In this document: in pieces, positions 13,481 through 25,099 of the stretch
How the letters are laid out: each line of letters begins with the position of its first letter
Numbering within the stretch: the first letter of the stretch is position 1
Notes under the pieces: model-generated
The model's input: only the letters and a program-made list of their open reading frames with translations
Database searches by the model: none
What the model was told of the DNA's origin: nothing
Made by a program: the position numbers and the translations under genes
NCBI RefSeq assembly: GCF_006345805.1
Contig: NC_042999.1
Span: forward strand, 126,046,001-126,110,000
Direction: 5' to 3'
Source: Octopus sinensis
Lineage: Eukaryota
DNA: 64,000 nucleotides

Positions 13481-14967
13481 TCACTGACGGTTGCTGCCGT
13501 GACACGTTATAGAATAATTAAAAGAAAATAGTGAATACTTGAAAAATCAGTGTATTAATTATAGATATCTGTATGATTGAATATTTAAATAACCCATCTA
13601 TCAATATTTAACTAAACCAATTTTAAAAAAAAAACACATTTAATCTTGTGTTCCTAAATCTCTTCGAGAGAGGGGCGGGGGTAAACAAGTGAGAATGAAA
13701 TGAAAGAAACAACATTTTAATAAACGTTATTTTCCTCGTGAAATTAGGCGTGTCATTCAGAAAGCCAAAGGGCCGCAATTTGCCCATGATTGGTTTTATC
13801 GATAATTTCAATGCTAGTTCTTTATTTGGTGACTGTTCAGAATGGTAATGTAGTCCACATGTATTATATCTGGAAGAAAATGGAATGGTTATGAGGTGGA
13901 ACACTTCGTTCTCACAGTTTGGTTCAATCAGTGTTGATCCGGGGATGAAACAAAAAAGCAAAAGTAAGCATCTTTCCTTTTTTTTCCGGCCCACTAATAC
14001 TTGCTTTTACTGTTGCAAACTTATGTCTCATAATTCAACCCTTACTTAAGGGGATTAGTTTCTTTTAGAGGATCATTAGATAAGAGGATGCTTACTATAC
14101 AGGGAACAAGAAGATTTGAATAGCTTTAATTCAGTTATTTTACTACTTTCACTTGCTATAGTCTGGCAATGCTGCAGCACTACCTTTAAGGATATAGTCA
14201 ATTGCATCGATAGCAATACGTATTTTATCGATCGCAACTTATTTTATAAGCATCGACAGGATGAAACACAAATTAACTTGGATTGGTTTTGAACTCAAAC
14301 CATGAAAGGAAATAATCAAACGCGAGAGGCATTTTATCTGCTACTCTTACGAATCTGTCATCCAGCTGCTAGTTGTGAGTTAAAGACGTTGACTTCAAGC
14401 AATTAAAGATAAATATTCAAATAGATTAATGATTTTGAACTGTTATAATCTTGTAACAAAGGCTATGCATTCACGCTTGTCTCTGATAGATTATAATCTC
14501 CACCCACCTCTTAAGAATATATAAACATATATTCCCTTAGTCACATTTATTCTTTAGCTTTGTCCATACTGTTATGACTACAGTCCAGAGAAAGCAGACG
14601 AAAAGTCTAGCAACAACTAAAAAGACGTACATCAAACTCAGTGTATCTCCAATGACGTCATGGTTTTTACCATGTGGTTGGAATCTTCACAGTTAGCCAT
14701 AACTCACATTTTCTCCCCTCCTCTCTCTCCTCGCTCTTTCTTCGTCTCTCTCTCCCTCCCTCTCTCTGTGAGTGCACGGGTAACTATGAGAAAGATTTAT
14801 GATTTTACGCAAAAGGCAAATTTTTTCGTCAGTCAAACTGTTAAGAGTAAAGTTTTGAAAACTCTAGAAAGCATGCAGTATGCATATACATATCTATAAG
14901 TACATACATACATACATACATACATACATACATACATACATACATACATACATACATACATACATAC

Positions 14968-15120
14968 GGCTGTGTGGTAAGAAATTTGCTTCCAACAACA
15001 TGGTTCCTGTTTGAGTTCCACTGCATGACATCTTGGGCAAGTGTCTTGCTCAGGTGTCTCAGACCGACTAAAGCCTTGTGAGTGGATCTGGTGGACGGAA
15101 ACTGAAAGAAGCCTGTCGTG

Positions 15121-15176
<56 letters not shown>

Positions 15177-15319
15177 ATATATAATATATTATATATATAT
15201 ATTATATATATATATATATAATATATATATATATTAATATATATATATATATAATATATATATATATATATAATATATAATATATATATAATATATATAT
15301 AATATATATATATATATAC

Positions 15320-15352
<33 letters not shown>

Positions 15353-15468
15353 TATATACATACATATATATACATGTGTGTGTGTGTTATATCTGTCTCC
15401 CCCAACGCTTGACAATAGGTGTTGGTTTATTTACGTTTCCGTAACCTTGCGGTTCGGTAAAACAGACC
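14968..15468 (+). mobile_element. CORE-type SINE with expanded internal (TA)n
   Basis: GGCTGTGTGGTAAG head, TTGGGCAAGTGTCTT core, and the 3' part CCGTAACCTTGCGGTTCGG after the microsatellite. Confidence 0.8.
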
Positions 15469-16319
15469 GTGCGCGCGCGCACACACAAGTATGTATGCAT
15501 GATTGCATGTGTATGTGATTGTGGGTATGTATGTGTGTCAGTAAATGTGCGTATATGTATATCCACTTATTACTCTAATCTCTAACTCTCCCCTTTCTGC
15601 AAGACCAGATTTGCTCCGTATTCTCTATCTCAATTATCTATTACGACTCAGTAATGACTAAATGTAAGTATTAGAAGGGTCCCAATTTCAACAGCAGCGC
15701 TTAATGAATTTTTAGCAGCATGGAATAGCACGCAGGTCCCTCCCACTGACGATACGAAAGATGCAGTAGTGCAAGAAGTTAAGACCGAGAGAGTTACTGG
15801 GTCACAAAATTTTGGCGATAACATGATGATGCGGTTCTGCCGTGTCTTGTCGAAAATGAAATGCTTTCTCTCGATTATGTAAGACTTGTACCTGATCGCC
15901 TAATACATCGCACACCTCGTTGTGGACTCCGTGAACCTAATATGTTCTATGCTGTCCCTTATCGACCTACTGCGGTTGTTATTGAAGATGTCCTGGGCGA
16001 GCTTAGCTGTTTTAATGACGTCTGACTAGGGAGAATATTTCGTTCTCTTGACCGCAGATGACTCATCGCTGTCAGAGGTCCCTAGATTTTCAAAACCCTG
16101 CGAGCGAAGGCCTGGCTACGGAAACTGGCGATTTCAGAATTGTTGTAGTTAGTGTCCAGAGCTACAATTACGGCGCACATTTTTGTTTTCTACGTTAGAT
16201 TTGAATTTCCATACTGATGCTGTCTATTAGACTGAAACAAAATTGAGAAATTTGGCATAAAACTACTCCAGTTTATGGTCCGATAAAGTTAAATCACAAA
16301 TACACATGGCCTATATATA

Positions 16320-16350
<31 letters not shown>

Positions 16351-16401
16351 ATATATATATATAATATGTATATATATATATATATAATATATAATATGTA
16401 T

Positions 16402-16456
<55 letters not shown>

Positions 16457-16519
16457 GCATCATATATATATATATATATATCTATATATATATATATATA
16501 TATAATATATATATATAAT

Positions 16520-16955
16520 ATAAATTAGAGATAAAAACCACTTTTATGCAATTCAAATAATGATAGACATAAACCAAAACATAAAAGCAAATAAAATATA
16601 TTTTTATAAAACATATAACTAGATCACAAAAATGAATAATCAATATATAATAAGTAAAGAAAATTAAATTTAATTGTAATTCGAATTGAATTATAGACAT
16701 AAAACGTACGTAGTTTTTCTTACTTATTATATATTGATTATTCATTTTTATAGTTTTTGTGATCTAGTTATATGTTTTATATAAAAATATATTTCATTTG
16801 TTATTTATGTTTTGATTTATGTCTATCACTGTTTGAGTTGCATAATAGTGGTTTTATCTCTAATTTATATTTTATATATTTATATTGTGAAACTTGATTT
16901 AATACTAAATTGAATTCTTTCCTGTAAGTTTGGAGTTATACTCCCTAATATTATA
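16520..16955 (+). mobile_element. Older imperfect fold-back element in (TA)n tract with hammerhead relic in spacer
   Basis: Inverted arms about 16520-16663 and 16715-16868, with a right extension to about 16955. The spacer holds the hairpin TAATTC-GAATT-GAATTA and AAAACGTACGTA. Confidence 0.6.
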
Positions 16956-16997
<42 letters not shown>

Positions 16998-17305
16998 GCG
17001 CATTCACGGACTCTTACTCTCGCTCTCACACACACATTGGAAACCCGATGTAGCGAGAGAAGCCTAACTTTGAATCAACTCAGCTACTTGTACTCTTCTA
17101 TATTTTAAAATCCTAACATGCCTGTATGTGGGGGTGCGCTGTGTATATAAGCCTGTGTGAGCGTGCGCACTTGTGTGCACGTGTGTGTATGTGTGTGTAT
17201 GTGTGTCCGTGCGTGCGCGTGTGTATGTATGCGAGTCTTTTGTGTAAAATGTTCCCAAGTAATTTGCCTGTACCAACCAATATTTTATTATTATCAAGGT
17301 GAAAG

Positions 17306-17731
17306 AGGTGCGCTGGCAGTATAGTTAGCATGCTGGACAAAATGTATAACGACATTTCTTCCGGCATTAAGTTCTGAGTTCAAATTCCGCCAAGGTTGAC
17401 TTTGTCTTTCATCCTTTCGGAATCAAGAAAATAAGTACCAGTCGAGCACATGGGTCGATATAATTGTCTACTCGTTACCCATATAATTGCTGGTCTTGTG
17501 CCAAATTTCGAAGAAAAGGCAGCGATCTGATAGAATCGTTAGCACATCGAAAAAGATGAGCGGTATTTCGTCTGTCCGTACGTCCAGAGTTCAAATTCCG
17601 CCGAAGTCAACTTCGCCTTTCATCGTTTCGAGGTCGATAAAATAGGTACCAGTCAAGCCCTGGGGTCGATATAATCGACTATACCCGTCCTCAGCATTTT
17701 AGGCCTTATGTGTATAATAGAAAGAATTATC
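17306..17731 (+). mobile_element. Two tandem tRNA-derived SINEs
   Basis: Two heads, each with GAGTTCAAATTCCGCC and a Nin-like segment. Confidence 0.85.
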
Positions 17732-19341
17732 AATATCAGTATCATTATTTTTTGCAGATAGTTTTCAAGATTTTACAGTTTGGGATTTGAGCGGGATTCC
17801 ATTGCGACATGTAAGAAACCAAGCAATCACGTAGAGCAAATATGAGGATCGTTTTTTAAGTATCAGAAGCGAGTTGCAAGTGCACAAGAAACTGCAGAAG
17901 CATATTTACAAAGAAAATATAATTAGTCTTTCATGTTACAATTTCACAGGGTTGCAAGCTTATATTAAGTTACTCTTTTGGTGTTAACATTTTTATTTCT
18001 TTTAATTTTTGGAAAATGGGTTTTTGGAGACTTCGTCAGCAGGTGGCTTCAAATTTCACTGAGGCTGAAATTTTGTGCATGAACAAATTGTTCCTCACCC
18101 TAACAAACAAGCTCTCTTACTGATTTGTAAAAAAAAAAATTAAGATCATACTTAAATATATGATGCATTGACATTAAATTGTGCTGAATAAGGAATAAAA
18201 CCAAGTGAAAGATAAAAAAAAAGCTACGATCTAAATGACGCTTATAAAAACATTCTTACTTATTAGTCATTTCTATTTTATAATAATAATAACGGTTTCA
18301 GATTTTGGCTCAAGGCAAGCAATTTTGGAGGAGGGCACAGTTGTTATTGTTTAGCCCCAGACCAACCATGGTTGAGAAGAATTTTGATCAAAAGTATTCT
18401 AATAATAGTCCTTTCATTAAGTGAGAATGACTAGGTTATCCAATATTTCCCGTTCCCATTTCAGATGTGACTGGAGGAAGGCTTCGGTGCTGTTTAGCAA
18501 GCCGAATGACTACGCAGTTCCTTTTATCTATTTTGGTGAGGTGGGGTGCAAGACAAGAGATTGTTTCTAGCTAAACAAAGACCAGAATGTAGTTTCCATT
18601 CTCATTTGAGACCTTTTCACTCCAAGTTTGCCACTAATTCACTTTTCTAAAATATAAGCTTGTGTGGACGAAGTTATTTTGGATCCAACATTTAGTTATT
18701 CTATACATTAGCGCAACAAATGGCTGCAAATTACTTCACTTTTGGCATCGAGATATGTTAATTGGTGATTGACACAACAAATTTGAGAAGTGAAAATAAA
18801 ATAAGAAAATTATATATATCGATAAAAACAATTTTCTCGGAGTTAAACTTAAACTCTGTGACATTGGCCTACACCAACACCAACATTAACAGCATTTATT
18901 TAAAATAGTGATAGTTTTATTTTCCTCATAAAAACCCATGCTTACTACCTCTGTCTCTCTCTCTTATGCGCGCATATGCATATCCATTAATGATACAGAA
19001 TAGCGTATTGAATGTAATGGGCGTGAAACAATTTCTGTGTATTTTATGAAACAAGTATAATTCCAAAGGGAATTGATGATGTATACGTGTTACGAATGAG
19101 AGTGAATACATTAGTTTTCTTACAACAGCAAGTCATGGCCACTTCATATAAGTTATTTCAGCAAAATTTGGGTAAGTATTAACATCATCATATGACCAAC
19201 AGTAGTGAATTGATAGGGCAGCAGATTTCGGGTAGAGAAATACTAAATGCTTGCCCCCGGGAGTAAAAAACAAACAAACAAAAACTAGCAAAATTAAAGA
19301 ATAAATGATCATAAGTTTAAGCGTCTGCAAGCAAGGGCCAG

Positions 19342-19560
19342 TTATTGTTGTTATTTAGCTCTAGATTAGTCCTATTCGAGTAGACCTATGACCAAGGTCG
19401 TCCCAGTAGTTACCATCCGGCAATTTCTGTTTATTCTAAATTTACATTGTCAAATGTTATCTCCCGTTTTAAAGAGGGCAGGGTGAGATTTAAAGGAAAT
19501 GTGGCTACTATTTCTTGCAAGTCGAGCGACCAAGTGGAAATTTCTTCGTCTGCTCGCATT
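19342..19560 (+). repeat. Unclassified dispersed repeat of about 200 bp (best-preserved copy)
   Basis: Shared motifs GTTGTT..TTTAGC, GAC(C/T)TATGA(C/T)CAAAGG and GCT(A/G)CTATTTCT also occur at about 1270-1430, 18340-18500, 20920-20970, 21750-21800 (-), 28262-28330 (-), 53605-53980 and 54940-55030 (-). Confidence 0.7.
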
Positions 19561-20530
19561 GGAATGTGTCAAATAAAATAATAAGTTTTAGGTCAACGAA
19601 GGTTGTGTTGCGGGCAGAAAAGAGGTAACAGCTAGATTGAATAGCACCTGTTTTATGGCTATTTAGTAGTTCATTATCATAGCGCTATACAAATTATCCA
19701 CCGATTATAGATTCTGAATTTCTTCTCTAATAATCGTTTTCTTTTGCCCCATACACAGAGATTATGGACTCAAACTGAATTATTCATACGAAGGAAAGGT
19801 GTCTCAATAACTGCTACGGGGAAATGTTAAAAGAGGTGGTCCCAAATATATGGAGATCAGTGATAAGTGATAAAGTCTGATTGATAGCGTTTCCTGGACT
19901 ACAGTAATATTGTTACATTAAGTTATATTGCTTTTATCCACCTTCATTCTGACTACTGTCGAACTTTTTACACCCCGAATTAAATTACCCTTCTACTCAC
20001 TTGACTTAACGAGTAGAGCCTGAAATGCTATTATCGTTATATGCAAGAGTTATAACTGCTTCTCCCACTTTCTTCTCTTTTGTCAAACAAACCAATCATT
20101 TTAATAATCTACGCACTGATGAACATGCCTACAAAGTTGTCCATGGAAAAGGAAACCAAGCAAGTGTAATACATATGTTCATCCATATATTTATGGACAT
20201 TACACACACGCAAACACATTATACTGAAACACGCACATACATACATATATAAATATGATTTCTAATTTAGCACGAGGCCAGCAATTTTAAGGTGAATAGG
20301 ATTAGTCAAAACTATCGACCACCGTACATGACTGGTATTCTATTTTAATCGTCCCCAAAAGGATGAATGTCAAATTTGAACACAGAACGTAAAGAACTGT
20401 AAAAACTGTTCAAGGAAATTTGCCGTGATTTTATCCGACTGTGTATTTAACTGTCGATGCATACACCCAAACGTGTGCATCTTAAGAATGTCTGTGTGTC
20501 TGTATGCATGTATGTGCATGCATACATACA

Positions 20531-20599
<69 letters not shown>

Positions 20600-20824
20600 C
20601 GTGTACATGTGTTAAATATATGTGTTGGCGGTCTGAGTTAGCCCTTAGCAACAAGTTAACAACACGAGCAGCCAATGATAACCACAGGAATAATAAACAA
20701 TGACGACCACGACGACATTATTGATGATGATTAGAGTCAGGAGAAGGAAAAAGGAAAAAAGTGGGGGCAGGGTAACAAATAAGTAGGTAAAGAAAATGAT
20801 ACCGAGAAAAAGAAGAGGAAATAC

Positions 20825-21268
20825 GAAAGTGGAGTTTAAACAGAGGGAACCAAAAATAGATCATCCTGTAACGATCAAAATTATTTTAAAGCAACGATAC
20901 AAATAAATTCATCGTGTTCTTGTTTAGTCCCAGGTTAACCTTAATAAAAGAGACTTATGACCAAAGGTCATAAGTTTAATGGTTTAATCTTTTATTTTTT
21001 CCATCATAGAATGTACCTAGGTTTCTCGTTAATGTGCATGATTTTGAACACGACAATTCTCAGCTCACTTGCAGTAGTATATCAAAGAAAATATTAGATA
21101 GCTGTATGTCATAGGATTTCTGACATCACCGGCAGTATTATTACCAAAAAGAGATAGCAAAAATATCTGTTCGTTATTGGTGAGAGGTATATATGAAGCG
21201 AAAGTATTGATTGGGTATTATATGATGGTTGATAATTGATTTAGGTATGTTTCTCCATTTTCTCATTT

Positions 21269-21316
<48 letters not shown>

Positions 21317-21894
21317 CTTAATCGCTGTACATGTCGTAACTCCTGATATGGAAATGAGTAGTAGGTGGGCAACGAAAGATAATGAAGAATATCAAGATCT
21401 ACGACATGTACAGCGATTAAAATTATATATATATATATATAATATATATATATATATATTGCCATGCCATACAATCAATAATAGTTTGAATTACAATACG
21501 TGACTCTAAAGTATCGCTTCATAGATACCTCTCACCAATAACGAACAGATATTTTTGCTATCCCTTTTCGGTAAACATACTGCTGGTGATGTCAGAAATC
21601 CTATGACATACAGCTATCTAATATTTTCTTTGACATACTACTACAAGTGAGGTGAGAATTGTGTTAAAAATCATGCACATTAACGAGAAACCTAGGTACA
21701 TTCTATGATGGAAAAAATAAAAGATTAAACCAGATGTTCATGGCTGGTGTGCCTTTGGTCATAAGTCTCCTTTATCAAGGTTAACATGAGACTAAACAAG
21801 AATTCGATGAATTTATTTGTATCGTTGCTTTAAAATAAGTTTGATCGTTAGAGAATGATCTATTTTTGATTCTCTCTGTTTAAACTCCACTTTC
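20825..21894. repeat. Long inverted repeat (arms about 380 bp) enclosing a (TA)n-palindrome-(TA)n core
   Basis: 20825-21201 is the reverse complement of about 21514-21894 with scattered mismatches. An inner palindrome at about 21311-21427 has arms of about 28 bp (TAATCGCTGTACATGTCGTA / TACGACATGTACAGCGATTA). Confidence 0.85.
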
Positions 21895-22229
21895 CTCTCA
21901 CTTCCTACTTTTTAAAAGTTTTTTGAAGACTGACTTGCAGATAGTCAGTTTGAGTACCAGTCGCACTGAGTTTGCCAACAGAGTTTACGTCTCTCGCCTG
22001 GTTAACAAATAAAATAACATTATTGAAGAAGAAGCGGATTAAGAACAGAAGGTTATCTATCTCGATCTAGTAGAACCTGTTTGTTATTTGCAAAAGTTAT
22101 AACATCGATTTATCTTTGGAATAAGGCTTAAAATACAATCTTAGATATCATTAATATAAGAAAAGGTCAGTTGTGTTATCGTCGGCTTGTCTCGTTTCAA
22201 AAGATATGGAGTTCGATTTCCATCACAGA

Positions 22230-22960
22230 ATGCCATCACGAACTGGCAAAGTCGTTAGCATGCCTGACAAAACTCTTAGTGGCATTTCGTCCGTCTTTAC
22301 GTTCTGGGTTCAAATGACGCCATCTTTGAAGTTGTCTTTGCCTTTCATCCTTTCAGGGTCGATAAAATAAGTAACAATCTGGGCTCGAGGAAATCGACTT
22401 AATCCCCACCCACCGAAATTACTGGACTTGTGCCAAAATTTGAAACCGTTATTTACATATGCCTATTCTACCGAGGTTGACTTTACCTTTCAACCTTTCG
22501 GATCGAAGAAATAAACACCTGTCAAGCACAGGAGCGATGCAATTGACTAGTTCCCTCCCACCAAATTTCAGGCGTCGTGTCTATAGCAGAAAGGATTATT
22601 ACATATGCTTTGGGCACTGAGCTGGCAAAATCGTTAACCACGCCGGAAAAAATGCTTAGTCACATATCTTCTAGCTTCAAATTCTGTCGAGGTTGACTTT
22701 GCATTTCTTCTTTTCAAGGCCGATAAAGTAAGTACTTGTCAAGCAGTGGAGTCGATATCGACTCACCACTTCCCTTTAAATCGCTGGTCTTGTGTCAAAA
22801 TTTGAAGCTATTATTACATATGCTTAAGATTGTGAGCCAGCAGAATCGTTAACACGCCAGACAAAATGGTTATCGGCATTTTGGCTGTCCTTATGTTCAG
22901 AGTTCTAATTCCGCCGTCGTCGACTTTCATTCTTTAGGGATCAATAAAGTAAGTAACATT
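22230..22960 (+). mobile_element. Cluster of four decayed co-oriented SINEs
   Basis: Repeated GTTGACTTTGCCTTTCATCCTTTC-like segments. Confidence 0.75.
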
Positions 22961-22971
22961 TGAAGTAAGTA

Positions 22972-23025
<54 letters not shown>

Positions 23026-23029
<4 letters not shown>

Positions 23030-23253
23030 CTAATGAAGGATAAAATGTTTTTCGAAAAAAATATTCTTTTCCAAAAAAAATCTTATCAATGGCCAGCATG
23101 TCATAATTAAGGGCAAACGAAAAAATTCTAATGCCAAATATGCCGAAAAATTGGACATATTGTCCATTAACCATATAATTTCTTCACAAGATGCACGCTA
23201 CTCGAAAAAAGGTCGACAGAAATTTCTAAAACATTTTTTCGAGTAGCGTGCAT
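23026..23253. repeat. Short fold-back with left extension between two (TA)n tracts
   Basis: ATGCACGCTACTCGAAAAAA (about 23191-23210) and TTTTTTCGAGTAGCGTGCAT (about 23234-23253). Confidence 0.6.
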
Positions 23254-23255
23254 AT

Positions 23256-23302
<47 letters not shown>

Positions 23303-23309
23303 TCAAATG

Positions 23310-23368
<59 letters not shown>

Positions 23369-23400
23369 ATATATATAATATATATATATATATATGTGTG

Positions 23401-23600
23401 TGTGCCGGTGGCGTGTAAAAAGCACCCACTACACTCATGGAGTGGTTGGCGTTAGGAAGGGCATCCAGCCGTAGAAACTCTGCCAGATCAGACAGGACCT
23501 GGTGCAGCCTTCTGGCTTCCCAGACCCCAGCTGAACCGTCCAACCCATGCCAGCATGGAAAGCGGACGCTAAACGATGATGATGATGATGATGATGATGA
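23401..23600 (+). mobile_element. SINE 3' part with RTE-type tail (Ceph-SINE-like)
   Basis: GTTGGCGTTAGGAAGGGCATCCAGCCGTAGAAA, ending in AAACGATGATGATG repeats. Confidence 0.7.
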
Positions 23601-24047
23601 TATATATCAACAATACCAAATAATAGGTACACACGCACATATATATATATATATACACACACATGCACACACACGCGCGCGTGCGCGCACACACACATAT
23701 ATATATACAGTGATTGTTTCCTTGTTTTCAACCTTGAGAAAAATGTCAATTCATGACAAATAAACAAAAAGAAATCAAATAAATAATAATAGACGACAAT
23801 AGTTTTAATCTCAGCTAAATATCGTTATGTTACAAATTACGTACATCACACACAGGTGCAAAAACACTTGCATATCAGTTGGACGTAACATATGTAACAT
23901 AACAATTTTGTGCTATCACTTTACATGTCATTTATATATTCTCTATGGAGCAGTATATTACAGCTGTGTCATATCACTTATCGATTACATTATGCACCAT
24001 TCCACTTATTCACTATGCCTCAAACACACGCGCACGCACACACACAC

Positions 24048-24102
<55 letters not shown>

Positions 24103-24559
24103 CACGCACACTCAGACACAGACGCCGTAAGCACTAGATTTACTGCGCACGGTATCACTTATATGTGTGTGTTTACATGTATGCATATATGTGTGTGCAT
24201 GTATATGTAGATGCACATACACGCACACACAAACACATTAACAATACATGTATATATGCATTTCGATGTCACTATCAATAAGATTATGATACATATGTCT
24301 GCATGTTTGTGAAAGAAATTGTGAGAAAGGATGCATGTGCGTGAGGGATGCATTTCCGCGCACCTGTGTGTGTGTGTGTGTGTGTTTCTGTGTCTGTGTC
24401 TGTGTGTATACAAATTTAGTGCTATCCATGCATCTCACGACAGACATATATCAATTACGTCCAATATTATTCCTAGAATGGGTTCTTTCGTTCGATCCAA
24501 AAACTATGTTCTTAAATAATATATAGACAAAATATAAGCAAGAAAGAGTGATCACTGAA

Positions 24560-25097
24560 CGTCGCAGGTTGTCCACCGGTGTCCGATGACGACAAAGTCT
24601 GTGTTCTCATCGGTGAGAGCGCATATGACACCGCAGTCCAAAGCTGGAAGCACGGAGGGGTCCACAGATGTCACACAGATAGTCTGTTGACTGGATTAAG
24701 GTGGATCCTGCCGTGACGTCTTTCCCGTGCAGTATCGAGACGCTGTCGTCGGTCCTCTTGGAAGGCAGCTGCTGCTCGGGATGTGAGAGACCTCTACGCT
24801 GATCTGTCTGCGAGTTCGCATGGTCTACTGCCACTCCATTTGAGATTACTTTTCAGAATGTCTTTGTACCTCAGTTTAGGTCTTCCTCGATTGCGTGAGC
24901 CCTGCATGAGCTCGCCGTACAACAGCTGCATGGGTACACGGTTGTCAGTCATTCTGATGACATGGCCAGCCCAGCGTAACTGAGCATTCAGCAACATTGA
25001 TTAGATGCTTGATGAAAAAGCTCTGTCCAGTAATACTTGGTTTGTTACACTGTCCTGCCAGCGAATGCCCATGATCTTGTGCAAAGCTGCCCGCATA
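24560..25097 (-). pseudogene. RTE-clade LINE 3' fragment
   Basis: QLRWAGHVIRMTDNRVPMQLLYGELMQGSRNRGRPKLRYKDILK and the C-terminal zinc finger CDICG...GLRCHMRSH. Confidence 0.9.
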
Positions 25098-25099
25098 GC

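Noticed and set aside
13623-13994. 123-aa minus-strand ORF
   Set aside because: No recognisable domain or splice context; compatible with chance.
20114-20170. CTGATGA-A-CATG...CATG-GAAA
   Set aside because: No U16.1/H17 site, and no stem III or stem I can be formed.
23030-23150. CTAATGA...CGAAA and CTAATGC...CCGAAA as possible hammerhead relics
   Set aside because: The conserved G5 is missing and the stems are incomplete, so a ribozyme call is unsupported even though the element has the fold-back layout.
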